Shown piece after piece: positions 1-8,664 of a stretch of DNA of 36,204 nt (position 1 is the first letter of the stretch; the number at the start of each line of letters is the position of its first letter). The position numbers and the translations under genes were made by a program. Source of the stretch: Bacteroidota bacterium (GTDB lineage Bacteria > Bacteroidota > Ignavibacteria > UBA10030); contig JBGPAN010000002.1 in NCBI GenBank assembly GCA_041480785.1, forward strand, positions 1-36,204. Direction: 5' to 3'. The notes beneath the pieces were generated by a model, which worked only from the letters and a program-made list of their open reading frames with translations, searched no databases and had not been told where the DNA came from.

Positions 1-19
1 CTAACGGAAAAACCCACCC

Positions 20-2212
20 ATGAAGAAGTTAGTTCTCTTTCTCTTGCTCCCCCTCACCCTCTTTGCACAGAGCTTCTCAAAGGAGGAAATATCCCGTTGG
101 CAAAAACAATCCAGCCGGGTCACGATCATCCGCGACACCTGGGGTATCCCCCACATCTACGGCAAATCTGATGCCGATGCCGTGTTTGGCCTCTTGTATG
201 CTCAATGCGAAGATGATTTCAAACGCGTCGAGATGAACTATATCGAGAAGCTGGGAAGAACAGCCGAAGTGAAAGGCGAAGCTGCGCTGGCTGCCGACCT
301 CTATATCCGATTGGTCATCGACTCAGCGGCTGCGGTGGCCGACTACAAAAAGAGTCCCACCTGGCTCCGAAGCCTAATGAATGCTTATGCTGACGGCATC
401 AATTATTTCCTCCACACGCATCCGTCAGTCAAGCCGGCGTTGCTGAAACAATTCGAGCCATGGTTTCCGTTGATGTGGACAAATGGAAGTATCAGTGCGA
501 TCAGCACCGGCGATGTAACAGCAAGAGATGTAAGAGCTCTTTACCTTGAGGGAAGTGAGCCGATCAGCGCCATGCCGACAGAACCGGAAGAACAATTGAC
601 CGGCTCGAATGGATTTGCCATCGCTCCCTCGAAAACCCTTTCGGGAAATGCCATCCTCTATATCAATCCGCACGTTTCCTTCTATTTTCGCCCCGAAGTG
701 CATGTAGTAAGTGAAGAAGGGCTGAATACCTATGGTGCTGTGACATGGGGCCAGTTTTTTGTTTACCAGGGCTTCAACCAACACTGCGGATGGATGCATA
801 CATCCAGCGCTGTCGATGTATCCGACATGTATGTCGAAAAAGTCACAAAGAAGGACGGTCACATTTTCTACAAGTATAATAGATCCGAAAGACCGGTGAC
901 CGAACGGAGAATAACTCTTCGTTACAGAGTGGGAGATAGTCTGCAGGCAAAGACCATTACGGTGTACTTCACGCATCACGGCCCCATCATGGCAAAGCGG
1001 AATGGTGAGTGGATCAGCGTGCGATCGTACAACCGCTCGCTCACCAGCCTGATCCAAAGCTGGCAGCGAACCAAGAGCACGGGGTTTGCGTCATTCAAGA
1101 AAACGATGGAGCTTTGTTCCAACACATCCGACAACACGGTTTTTGCTGATGACAAAGGAAATATCGCTTACTGGCACGGCAATTTTATCCCGCGGCGAGA
1201 CAAATCGCTTAACTGGGCAAAACCGGTTGACGGAACGACTCCGGCCACGGAATGGAAGGGTCTGCATAGGCTGAATGAAATCATTCACGTTTACAACCCC
1301 TCCAGCGGGTGGATACAAAACTGCAATTCCACTCCGTTTACCGTATCGGGGACCAGCAGCCCAAAGAAAGAACATTTCCCCGTCTACATGGCGCCGGACG
1401 GGGAGAATTTCCGGGCCATCAATGCTGCGCGGGTGTTGAGCAGGGAAAATGCATTCACGCTCGTCAAAACCATTGCGGCAGGGTACGATCCGACGCTGAC
1501 GGCATTTGAAATACTGGTGCCTGTGTTGGTCACGGCATTCGAAAAGAATGTGAAGCCGGGTGATTCACTTTTTGAGCAGTTGCATGACGCTGTTGCCATT
1601 CTGAAGCAATGGGATTTTCGCTGCACTGAAAACTCAATCGCCACGACGCTCGCCATTGATTGGGGGAGAGAGCTGAACCCCGCTATCCAAAGAATTCGCA
1701 TTGATGGAGGAAATGCGGATCTGGTGGAGAAGACAAAGAAATTTGCTGCCGGCGCTTCAGTGCAGGAATTGGCCATACCATTACTGAATGCAATGCGGGA
1801 AATGGAAAAGAGATTTGGAACGTGGAAGATGCCCTGGGGAGAGATCAACCGGTATCAGCGGCTGACGAATGATCTCGAAGAACGATTCAGCGACAATCAA
1901 TCCAGCCTACCTGTGGGGTTTGCATCGTCCGCATGGGGAATGTTGGCTGCATACAACAGCCGCTCCTTTCCCGGCACGAACAAAAGGTATGGCGTGAGTG
2001 GAGCGAGCTTTGTGTGCGCGGTCGAGTTCGGCAAGAAAGTGCGAGCCAAATCAGTGCTGACTGGCGGAGAGAGCGGCGACCCATCCTCAAAACATTTTTC
2101 TGATCAGGCACTGATGTACACAAAAGGACAATTCAAGGATGTCTTGTTCTACAAAGAAGATGTGTTGAAACATGTGGAAAAGAAATATCATCCGGGAGAA
2201 ATAGCTCCGTAG
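20..2212 (+). CDS. Secreted Ntn-hydrolase of the penicillin/cephalosporin/AHL acylase family (peptidase S45)
   Basis: 730-aa ORF with signal peptide MKKLVLFLLLPLTLFAQ. Family-typical N-terminal block RDTWGIPHIYG..DAVFGLLYAQCEDDF. Autoprocessing-type junction QLTG|SNGFAIAP, with candidate nucleophile Ser196 at nt 605-607. Length fits an alpha-spacer-beta precursor. Confidence 0.85.
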   Translation: MKKLVLFLLLPLTLFAQSFSKEEISRWQKQSSRVTIIRDTWGIPHIYGKSDADAVFGLLYAQCEDDFKRVEMNYIEKLGRTAEVKGEAALAADLYIRLVIDSAAAVADYKKSPTWLRSLMNAYADGINYFLHTHPSVKPALLKQFEPWFPLMWTNGSISAISTGDVTARDVRALYLEGSEPISAMPTEPEEQLTGSNGFAIAPSKTLSGNAILYINPHVSFYFRPEVHVVSEEGLNTYGAVTWGQFFVYQGFNQHCGWMHTSSAVDVSDMYVEKVTKKDGHIFYKYNRSERPVTERRITLRYRVGDSLQAKTITVYFTHHGPIMAKRNGEWISVRSYNRSLTSLIQSWQRTKSTGFASFKKTMELCSNTSDNTVFADDKGNIAYWHGNFIPRRDKSLNWAKPVDGTTPATEWKGLHRLNEIIHVYNPSSGWIQNCNSTPFTVSGTSSPKKEHFPVYMAPDGENFRAINAARVLSRENAFTLVKTIAAGYDPTLTAFEILVPVLVTAFEKNVKPGDSLFEQLHDAVAILKQWDFRCTENSIATTLAIDWGRELNPAIQRIRIDGGNADLVEKTKKFAAGASVQELAIPLLNAMREMEKRFGTWKMPWGEINRYQRLTNDLEERFSDNQSSLPVGFASSAWGMLAAYNSRSFPGTNKRYGVSGASFVCAVEFGKKVRAKSVLTGGESGDPSSKHFSDQALMYTKGQFKDVLFYKEDVLKHVEKKYHPGEIAP

Positions 2213-2266
2213 TGGGCGTAGCCTGTCCCAATATGAACGCTGTACAATCTAAAATGAGGAACCCAA

Positions 2267-2704
2267 ATGCCTGATGCGCCATCAACACCAAAAAAGTTTC
2301 AATGGAAGTGGGTCTGGATATCGCTTCTGATGTACGTCGTGTTCTATTTCTTTCCCCTCACCCTTGTGCCCGGCGGAATGCTGAGCGGCACAGTCGTGAC
2401 GAAAGCCTCCGCTACATTCATCGGCGTCTGGTCTTTCGCGGGAATGATCATTATCTCCGCTGTTGCAGGATATATCTCCAAGGGCGTGACGATCAAAGAG
2501 CCAGCCGCTGCAGCTGTCGGCCTTGTGATCTTGTCTCTTGTCGCCGTTCAGATCAAATTCAACGCGGCCATTCAATTTACGACGCAGAGCATCATTGGAT
2601 TGGTCATCGCGCTGGCCGTCGTCGCTGGGCTGTCATTCGCCGGTGCGTGGTTTGGGGAGATTCTGCAGAAGGTTGTGCAGTCAAAGGGACCGGAGCCGAA
2701 GTAG
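2267..2704 (+). CDS. Small polytopic membrane protein (about 4 TM helices), function unknown
   Basis: 145-aa ORF. GAGGA lies about 8 nt upstream of the ATG. Four long hydrophobic segments (WVWISLLMYVVFYFF, FIGVWSFAGMIIISAVAGYI, AAAAVGLVILSLVAV, IIGLVIALAVVAGLSFAGAWF). No recognisable family motif. Confidence 0.6.
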   Translation: MPDAPSTPKKFQWKWVWISLLMYVVFYFFPLTLVPGGMLSGTVVTKASATFIGVWSFAGMIIISAVAGYISKGVTIKEPAAAAVGLVILSLVAVQIKFNAAIQFTTQSIIGLVIALAVVAGLSFAGAWFGEILQKVVQSKGPEPK

Positions 2705-2789
2705 AACGGTTGATGTTGAATCCACAAACAAAGCTCGCCGATTCTTCTGAGCCGGGGAGCGTGTACACCAATTCTTCAACGGTCGTCAG

Positions 2790-3770
2790 TCACTTCTTGT
2801 TCGTGAACTTCTCAACCTTGTTCTTGATAGGCTTCACCGAGCGCAGATATCTATAGATCGCTCCAAGATCTCGCTCCGTCATCCCCGCAAACATCGTCCA
2901 TGGCATCGCCGTGTTGTACTCCATGCTTGCGGCATTCATGGTGCGCCCTTCCGGGTTGTCGTAGAATTTGAACTTGTTCACAAAGTCTGTCTCCGACCAC
3001 GCGCCGATTCCAGTTTCTTCATCCGGTGTCAGGTTTGCCGACCGGACCAACTGCCCATTCGGAGACGGGAATTCGAACCCTCCTGCGAATTCCAGGCCTG
3101 GTATGATCTGTCCATCTTTCCGCTGCGTGTGACATTCAATACAGTTGGCTGTGTTCACCAGGTACTTTCCATATTCGTAGACATTGGATGTATCGGGTGC
3201 ATCATGCTGTGTGTGTTTCCCTGGAATGGTCCGCACAATAAGGTTCAACGGAAATTTGAGCGCCGTCGGTGGCGGAGTATTCTCGATTGGCTTCAACGTC
3301 CGGATGTACGCGATGATCGACATGATGTCTTCCTCGCTCATCGTCGTGAAGTGCGTGTACGGCATCAGCGGAAACATCGCTTTCCCATCTTTGTCGACGC
3401 CGGTCGTGATTGCCCTGTAAAGAACACCATCGCTCACTGAGCCGAGGGCTGCTGGTGTAATATTGTGAGCATAGATTGTTCCGGGAAAGCCTAACTTTTC
3501 ATCGAAGATTTCTCCGCCTTTCCCTTCTGTTCCTGCTAGCGGTGGACCCGAGAAGTATTCCCAATTGCGCGTCGAATGACAATCAACACAAACGGAAACG
3601 TGATTCGCGAGATACACGCCCCGTGCGAGACGTTCCGGCGTAGCCTGGACCGTGATGTTCTGAACCGGTCCGACATCAGGGAACTTCAGGAACAAATAAC
3701 CCACTCCCACGGCAATCACCAGCACCACGACACCCAGTCCCCAACCAAGAATTTTGAGGATTTTCTTCAT
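2790..3770 (-). CDS. Membrane-anchored dihaem c-type cytochrome
   Basis: Two CxxCH haem-binding motifs (CVDCH and CIECH). N-terminal anchor MKKILKILGWGLGVVVLVIAVGVGYLFL. I prefer the ATG at 3770, preceded by AGGAGGG, over the TTG at 3833 used by the ORF track. Confidence 0.85.
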   Translation of the reverse strand: MKKILKILGWGLGVVVLVIAVGVGYLFLKFPDVGPVQNITVQATPERLARGVYLANHVSVCVDCHSTRNWEYFSGPPLAGTEGKGGEIFDEKLGFPGTIYAHNITPAALGSVSDGVLYRAITTGVDKDGKAMFPLMPYTHFTTMSEEDIMSIIAYIRTLKPIENTPPPTALKFPLNLIVRTIPGKHTQHDAPDTSNVYEYGKYLVNTANCIECHTQRKDGQIIPGLEFAGGFEFPSPNGQLVRSANLTPDEETGIGAWSETDFVNKFKFYDNPEGRTMNAASMEYNTAMPWTMFAGMTERDLGAIYRYLRSVKPIKNKVEKFTNKK

Positions 3771-3921
3771 GCACCCTCCTGAACATGAAAGTGATAACCT
3801 CTCCTTATTCAAAGGAGAAAACAATCCACACAAGATTTCGTTCCCTCTTCTCCTTTTGAGACACTCCCCTCGGCAAGTGTAGCAGCCAAGAGTCTTGTTT
3901 TTCAGCCCTTTTTGCGCGCAC

Positions 3922-3950
3922 TTGACATGCGCAGGCAGAACGACTATCTT
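3922..3950 (+). promoter_or_regulatory. Candidate sigma-70-type promoter facing the kinase gene
   Basis: TTGACA (3922-3927), a 17-nt spacer, then TATCTT (3945-3950). It would give a leader of about 290 nt to the ATG at 4245. Sequence match only. Confidence 0.3.
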
Positions 3951-4244
3951 TCGTGTGCCTTTCTCACAGTACCGACAGATTCAGACGTTCTAGTTTCGTT
4001 CTTCTGTTGTACCCATCGACCCGAACAAACCACGGATGGACTTGCTTGTGTGCGGTTGGTTCCATAATACACTGACACGTAACATCGACGCGACGGGTGT
4101 TGTGCGCTTTGACGCAACCATGATCTTTTCACCCTTGAGACCTATGCCGTGCCCGCGTCTCTCAGGTGGTCCCATCTCAACTCCGGTCAATTCAGTCATG
4201 GGATTATGGACGCAATCCAACAATCCACAAATAATCAAATCCCT

Positions 4245-6803
4245 ATGATCGGTCAGACATTCTCCCATTACAAAATTCTTCAGAAACTCGGTGAGGGGGG
4301 TATGGGCGTGGTGTATAAGGCCCAGGATACGAAGCTCCTCCGCCCCGTTGCGTTGAAGTTCCTTTCGCCTGAATTGACCCGCGACCAGGACGCCAAGAAG
4401 CGGTTCATTCGGGAAGCACGGGCTGCTTCCGGACTGGATCATCCCAACATTGCCATCGTCCATGATGTGGACGAAACACCCGACGGCCATTCGTTCATCT
4501 GTATGGCGTACTACGACGGCCAGACTCTGGCGTCAAAGCTGGCGAAGGGATCGTTTGATGTTGTTGATGCCGTGCGGGTCGCGGTTCAGATAGCGGGTGG
4601 ACTGGAGAGAGCGCACGATTCCGGCATCGTCCATCGCGACATTAAGCCGAGCAATATCATCATCACGTCGCAGGGAGAAGTGAAGATTGTTGATTTTGGT
4701 CTCGCAAAGCTCTCGGCGCATGCACGGGAAACCAAGAGCCAGATTACGGGCGGCACTGCCGCATACATGTCACCAGAGCAGATACTCGGCAGCGAGGCTG
4801 ACGCTCGCAGCGATTTGTTTTCGCTCGGTGTCGTACTCTACGAAACCGTGACTGGAAAAAGACCATTTCTCGGGGAGCACGAGGCAGCGCTTTACTATTC
4901 CATTGTCAACTCGGAGCCGATTCCGCCGTCGACAATTCGTTCAGGAATCTCACCCGAGCTCGAGAAGGTTATCCTTCATCTGCTCGAGAAGGACCCGAAG
5001 AAGCGGTACCAGAGCGCTTCAGACGTTATCATCGACCTGAAGCACTATCTCGGAGAGAAGCCGACGGCAAGGCCAATCAGGCAACTCCGAAAAGCGCTCT
5101 ACGGCAAATATCCCGTACCGGTAGTCGTGGGGGCAGTCCTACTTGTCGCGACGATCATTCTGTATGCGAGTGGAGTGCTGGAGTACTGGTTTGGGGGGAG
5201 GCCGCCGCTACCAGAACAAGTAAGTATTGCGGTACTTCCTTTCGAGATACGCGGGGCAGATTCGATCGTGACATCTCAATTTCAGGGGTTGTTTGAGACC
5301 ATTGCCATAAGGCTGACGAAGTTACATTTGGGCCGACCTAATTTCACTGTGATCGGGACAAGCACGTCAAAAGATTTCAAGAGTGCGAAAGACGCATATG
5401 AGAAAGCGGGGGCGACGGTGGCACTCAAATGCTCGTTCGACTGTGTGGCGCCCCGGGCTGAGATCAAGGTCAGCCTTGAAAACACAAGGACTCTTCGCAC
5501 TATTGATGGCGATATTCTTGAGCATGACGCAAAAGACCTGGTTGAAATCGAAAGCGACATTCTGATGTTTGTGATCGGCACCTGCCGCATCGATGCTAAA
5601 CCCGCCGACCTACGAGGGTTCGAATTCGGAGACACCAAGAACGACGAAGCCAATAAACTCTACTTGCAGGCTAGAGGTCAGTTACGCAACTATGCGAATA
5701 GGGAAGTGCTTAGAAGTGCCATTGATTTGTTCGGGCAGTCCGTCGCAATCGATGCACGATTCGCAAAAGCATATGCCGGACTCGGTGAGGCTTATTGGCG
5801 AAACTTCGGGATAACGAAGGACCCACAGTGGGTCGACAGCGCCGAGGTCGCTTGGGCTCGCGCCAACGCACTTAATGCAAAGCTCCCTGAAGTTCGACTC
5901 ACTCGTGGCATGCTCTACCGAGTAGGTGGGAAACCTGAAGCCGCCATAGAAGAGTTTCGGGCTGTGCTGTCCATAGATTCATTGAATGCGGACGCCTATC
6001 GCGAGCTGGGCGACGCATACGCAGACGCGAAGCAGCTTCTGAAAGCTGAAGAAGCTTACAAAAAAGCCATTGTGATCAGGCCGACGGACTGGACTGTTCA
6101 TAACTACCTTGCCAGGTTCTATTATAAGACGATGAGAACCGAAGAGGCCATCGAGATATGGAAGAAGGTCATAGAGCTCGCCCCCGACGTTGGCATCGCT
6201 TACAGCAATCTCGGCGTGGCGTATTACATGCGACTTCAGCGATGGCGCGACGCAATCGCCTGGTTCGAGCGAGCCCAGCAAATCGACTCAACTAACTACT
6301 TGATATACAAGAACCTGGGAGCCGCATACTACTATGATAATCTCTATGAACGATCTACTCAGGCATATGAAAGATCACTCAAAATCAATTCCAAAGACTA
6401 TGGTGTCTTGGGCGGTCTTGGCGCTGCCTACCGGTCAATGGGGAGCCAAAAGCTCGCTAATGAAGCATATGAAGAGGCGATCAAACTGGCTGAGGCGCAG
6501 CTGAATGTGAATCGTAAGGACCCCGATATAGTTTCGCAACTAGCAGGATTTTATGCCGACGTTGGACGAAAGCAAGACGCACGCGCTACAGCTCTCAAGG
6601 CTCTCACACTCGCCCCGAACGATGGAGATGTTTTGAAGCGCCTCGTTTTCATGTACGAGGCTCTTGGTGAACGACGAGAGGCATTTAAGATGTTGGCTCG
6701 AGTCATGGAACAGAAGGCTCAATGGACAGAAATCAAATATAGCCCCGAGTTGAAGAGTTTCCGCGAAGATCCGCGATACAAACAAATCACGAAAGGAGGA
6801 TGA
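4245..6803 (+). CDS. Membrane Ser/Thr protein kinase with extracytoplasmic VLPFE-type module and C-terminal TPR array
   Basis: Hanks kinase motifs are present: G-loop GEGGMGVVYKA, VALK lysine, HRDIKPSNI catalytic loop, DFG, and YMSPE. One TM helix (YPVPVVVGAVLLVATIILYASGVL). Then VSIAVLPFEIRGAD.., then repeated TPR-like A..Y..A....P.. units to the C-terminus. The start at 4245 (MIGQTFSHYKIL) is typical for this architecture. In-frame ATGs at 4206 and 4149 cannot be excluded. Confidence 0.9.
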   Translation: MIGQTFSHYKILQKLGEGGMGVVYKAQDTKLLRPVALKFLSPELTRDQDAKKRFIREARAASGLDHPNIAIVHDVDETPDGHSFICMAYYDGQTLASKLAKGSFDVVDAVRVAVQIAGGLERAHDSGIVHRDIKPSNIIITSQGEVKIVDFGLAKLSAHARETKSQITGGTAAYMSPEQILGSEADARSDLFSLGVVLYETVTGKRPFLGEHEAALYYSIVNSEPIPPSTIRSGISPELEKVILHLLEKDPKKRYQSASDVIIDLKHYLGEKPTARPIRQLRKALYGKYPVPVVVGAVLLVATIILYASGVLEYWFGGRPPLPEQVSIAVLPFEIRGADSIVTSQFQGLFETIAIRLTKLHLGRPNFTVIGTSTSKDFKSAKDAYEKAGATVALKCSFDCVAPRAEIKVSLENTRTLRTIDGDILEHDAKDLVEIESDILMFVIGTCRIDAKPADLRGFEFGDTKNDEANKLYLQARGQLRNYANREVLRSAIDLFGQSVAIDARFAKAYAGLGEAYWRNFGITKDPQWVDSAEVAWARANALNAKLPEVRLTRGMLYRVGGKPEAAIEEFRAVLSIDSLNADAYRELGDAYADAKQLLKAEEAYKKAIVIRPTDWTVHNYLARFYYKTMRTEEAIEIWKKVIELAPDVGIAYSNLGVAYYMRLQRWRDAIAWFERAQQIDSTNYLIYKNLGAAYYYDNLYERSTQAYERSLKINSKDYGVLGGLGAAYRSMGSQKLANEAYEEAIKLAEAQLNVNRKDPDIVSQLAGFYADVGRKQDARATALKALTLAPNDGDVLKRLVFMYEALGERREAFKMLARVMEQKAQWTEIKYSPELKSFREDPRYKQITKGG

Positions 6804-6944
6804 ATCGGAGAAGTCAATATCATCGGTTTAGGAAAAATCGGGATGCAATAAGCCCGAACCAACGCTCTAGCCGAGATGAAAGCAATTTCCGGCCCGGAGA
6901 TGATAATCCAATAGATAATCTGTCTACATGAAAGGAGCTCGGTT

Positions 6945-7280
6945 ATGAAAAGGCCATCACTACCCAATTTTCAGCTCTTCTCTCAGGACATTCCCATTAA
7001 GTCGAATCCTGGTGGCCACTGGAGGGTGTCAAAGTGCCATGTCCAACCAGGAGTTGTCACTTGGAGATGTGATGTCCCTGGCTCTTACATATGGATCATG
7101 TTCCCCGAACATCATAATCCTATCAAAGACGGAGGTCCTCAGGCTTCGGGCCCAAGTCCCTTGAAGGTTACGCTGGGCGAACGCAAAGGCTACTACCCTT
7201 ACTGCGTGCTTAGTCAAGACCCCGCTGGGGTGTTCCATCTTGTCGAAGGCAATTCGCCTCCGGAAATGGAGATTGGGTAG
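6945..7280 (+). CDS. Small soluble protein of unknown family, paralog A (C-terminus HLVEGNSPPEMEIG)
   Basis: 111-aa ORF with AAAGGAG 7 nt upstream of the ATG. Paralogous to 7480-7818, with a substitution pattern consistent with selection on this reading frame. No signal peptide or TM segment. Confidence 0.75.
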   Translation: MKRPSLPNFQLFSQDIPIKSNPGGHWRVSKCHVQPGVVTWRCDVPGSYIWIMFPEHHNPIKDGGPQASGPSPLKVTLGERKGYYPYCVLSQDPAGVFHLVEGNSPPEMEIG

Positions 7281-7479
7281 GGCTTGTTTGTGTGGTAGAT
7301 ACACAGTAGATTTGTTCAATATCAGGGGCAAAGGATTAATCTATGCTCTTTTACAGCTTTCTCTCCTCCGATCACACCAACGCCAGCACTGTTTTCTATG
7401 CCAGGCCCTTATGAATCATTTCACTCCTCCATCATCCAACATCCAGACGAACATCCACCACTAACAAGAAAGGTTGAAC

Positions 7480-7818
7480 ATGTCTGCCACGCAAAAGAAC
7501 CCTGCAAGCCCTCAACACGATGAAAAGATCATCATCGTAAAAGGTGGAAATGCGAACTGGTTCATCAAGCCGATCAAAGTCCATGCAAATACCAAGGTGA
7601 CTTGGCATTGCCGTTTGAATAGTATTAGTATCTGGTTCCCCAAGGACAATAATCCCCTTGCTGGTGGCAAAAATGAGGTCTATGGCAAGAATGGAAAAGC
7701 GAACGCTGTGGTAGGTTCCAAGAAGGGCAAATACTACTACTGCATACTCGTCACAGAGGATAATGGCGAGGTTCATCTCGTGGAAGCGAACTCACCCCCC
7801 GAGATGGAGATCGTGTAG
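7480..7818 (+). CDS. Small soluble protein of unknown family, paralog B (C-terminus HLVEANSPPEMEIV)
   Basis: 112 aa from the ATG at 7480, with AAAGG 6 nt upstream. The ORF track starts at the TTG at 7474. Shares the blocks VTW[RH]C, IW.FP...NP...GG, KG.YY.YC.L and HLVE.NSPPEMEI with 6945-7280. Confidence 0.75.
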   Translation: MSATQKNPASPQHDEKIIIVKGGNANWFIKPIKVHANTKVTWHCRLNSISIWFPKDNNPLAGGKNEVYGKNGKANAVVGSKKGKYYYCILVTEDNGEVHLVEANSPPEMEIV

Positions 7819-8055
7819 TAGACTGTTGGTTTGTCCTAAGAGATTCTTTGATTTCCGGCAGCGGACGCAGAGGTAACGTTCTCTCGGATCTGGTGCGCCT
7901 ATCACTTATAGGTGCTCACCATGACCCAAGTACCTGTCGTGCGCATTTGCACATTCGCAACGATCTCCGTCTTTACGACCGCTTCAAAACCGCCCATTTT
8001 CCAGAAGACAAACCCTCTTTTTTAACCACATCCCACCTCCATCGTATCATCAACA

Positions 8056-8664
8056 GTGAGAGAATTCAAGATCGATATTGCAGGCTCACAAGGGAAGGTT
8101 CGGGAGGATGTTGTCAGCCGTTCACAGTGCAGAGATCTCGCTGCATTCGAGCAGCTCGTTCGGAAATATCAACCCTACGCTTTCTCTCTCGCCATGAAGT
8201 TTCTTTGTGATGAAGCAGAGGCTGCTGACGTTGTCCAGGATTCGTTTCTCCGAGTCTGGAAAAACATCGATCATTATGATCCGAATCAGAAATTTTCAAC
8301 GTGGCTCTACAAAATTGTTGCCAATGTGTGCATTGACCGGTTACGCGCTCTCAAAAGAAACCGGAGCATCTTCCTCTCGCGGGAACGTGATCCTATGATG
8401 GAAGATCTCCCGGACGAGCGCGACTGGGAAACATCGCGATCCCATGAACAGTTAGCCGACATTATCAGGACGTTCTCGAGACGGCTTTCACGAACACAAC
8501 GACTTGTTTTCACATTACGTGACCTTCAGGATTTGTCTGTGAAAGAGGTTGTGGAAATAACGGGCCTTTCGATTGGAAGCGTTAAGACGAACTTGCATTA
8601 TGCACGGAAATCCATCCGGGATATTCTGGTTCGACATTATGGCGTTGTGAGGGGTGAACTATGA
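8056..8664 (+). CDS. ECF-type RNA polymerase sigma-70 family factor
   Basis: Region 2 blocks DVVQDSFLRVWKN and FSTWLYKIVANVCIDRLR. Region 4 helix-turn-helix LSVKEVVEITGLSIGSVKTNLHYARKSIR. GTG start at 8056. The exact start is uncertain and no in-frame ATG is nearby. Confidence 0.9.
   Translation: MREFKIDIAGSQGKVREDVVSRSQCRDLAAFEQLVRKYQPYAFSLAMKFLCDEAEAADVVQDSFLRVWKNIDHYDPNQKFSTWLYKIVANVCIDRLRALKRNRSIFLSRERDPMMEDLPDERDWETSRSHEQLADIIRTFSRRLSRTQRLVFTLRDLQDLSVKEVVEITGLSIGSVKTNLHYARKSIRDILVRHYGVVRGEL

Noticed and set aside
4036-4248. 70-aa upstream ORF whose TGA overlaps the kinase ATG (ATGA at 4245-4248), a possible coupled uORF.
   Set aside because: It has no Shine-Dalgarno site before its ATG and an unremarkable composition. 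It overlaps the kinase frame's own upstream extension. The ATGA overlap alone is weak evidence, but it would be worth revisiting if ribosome profiling exists.
7287-7324. Bacteroidetes-style promoter elements TTTG (7287-7290) and TAgaTTTG (7317-7324) upstream of paralog B.
   Set aside because: The spacing is 26 nt, against the roughly 19-21 nt expected. The taxon is uncertain, and the genes here use strong SD sites, unlike typical Bacteroidetes.
7029-7776. Near full-length antisense ORFs (7029-7331 and 7432-7776) opposite both small paralogs, which raises the question of which strand codes.
   Set aside because: The differences between the paralogs in the conserved tail fall on + frame third positions and would be non-synonymous on the - strand. 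Only the + frame has SD-like sites. The - strand ORF of paralog B does not even cover the conserved motif.
6945-7818. The small paralogs read as blue-copper (cupredoxin) proteins or as RiPP precursor peptides.
   Set aside because: Against copper: the Cys-His-Met spacing (C-x10-H-x9-M) does not match type-1 loops, the upstream His ligand is not conserved in paralog B, and there is no export signal. Against a RiPP: at ~112 aa they have conserved structure throughout, and no maturase, cyclase or transporter is adjacent.
6884-7860. Shared 9-mer ATTTCCGGC upstream of paralog A (~6885) and upstream of the sigma gene (~7852), a possible common ECF promoter or operator.
   Set aside because: A single 9-nt match between two spacers of about 140 and 240 nt is expected by chance at roughly the 10% level. 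No matching -10 element was found at a consistent distance.
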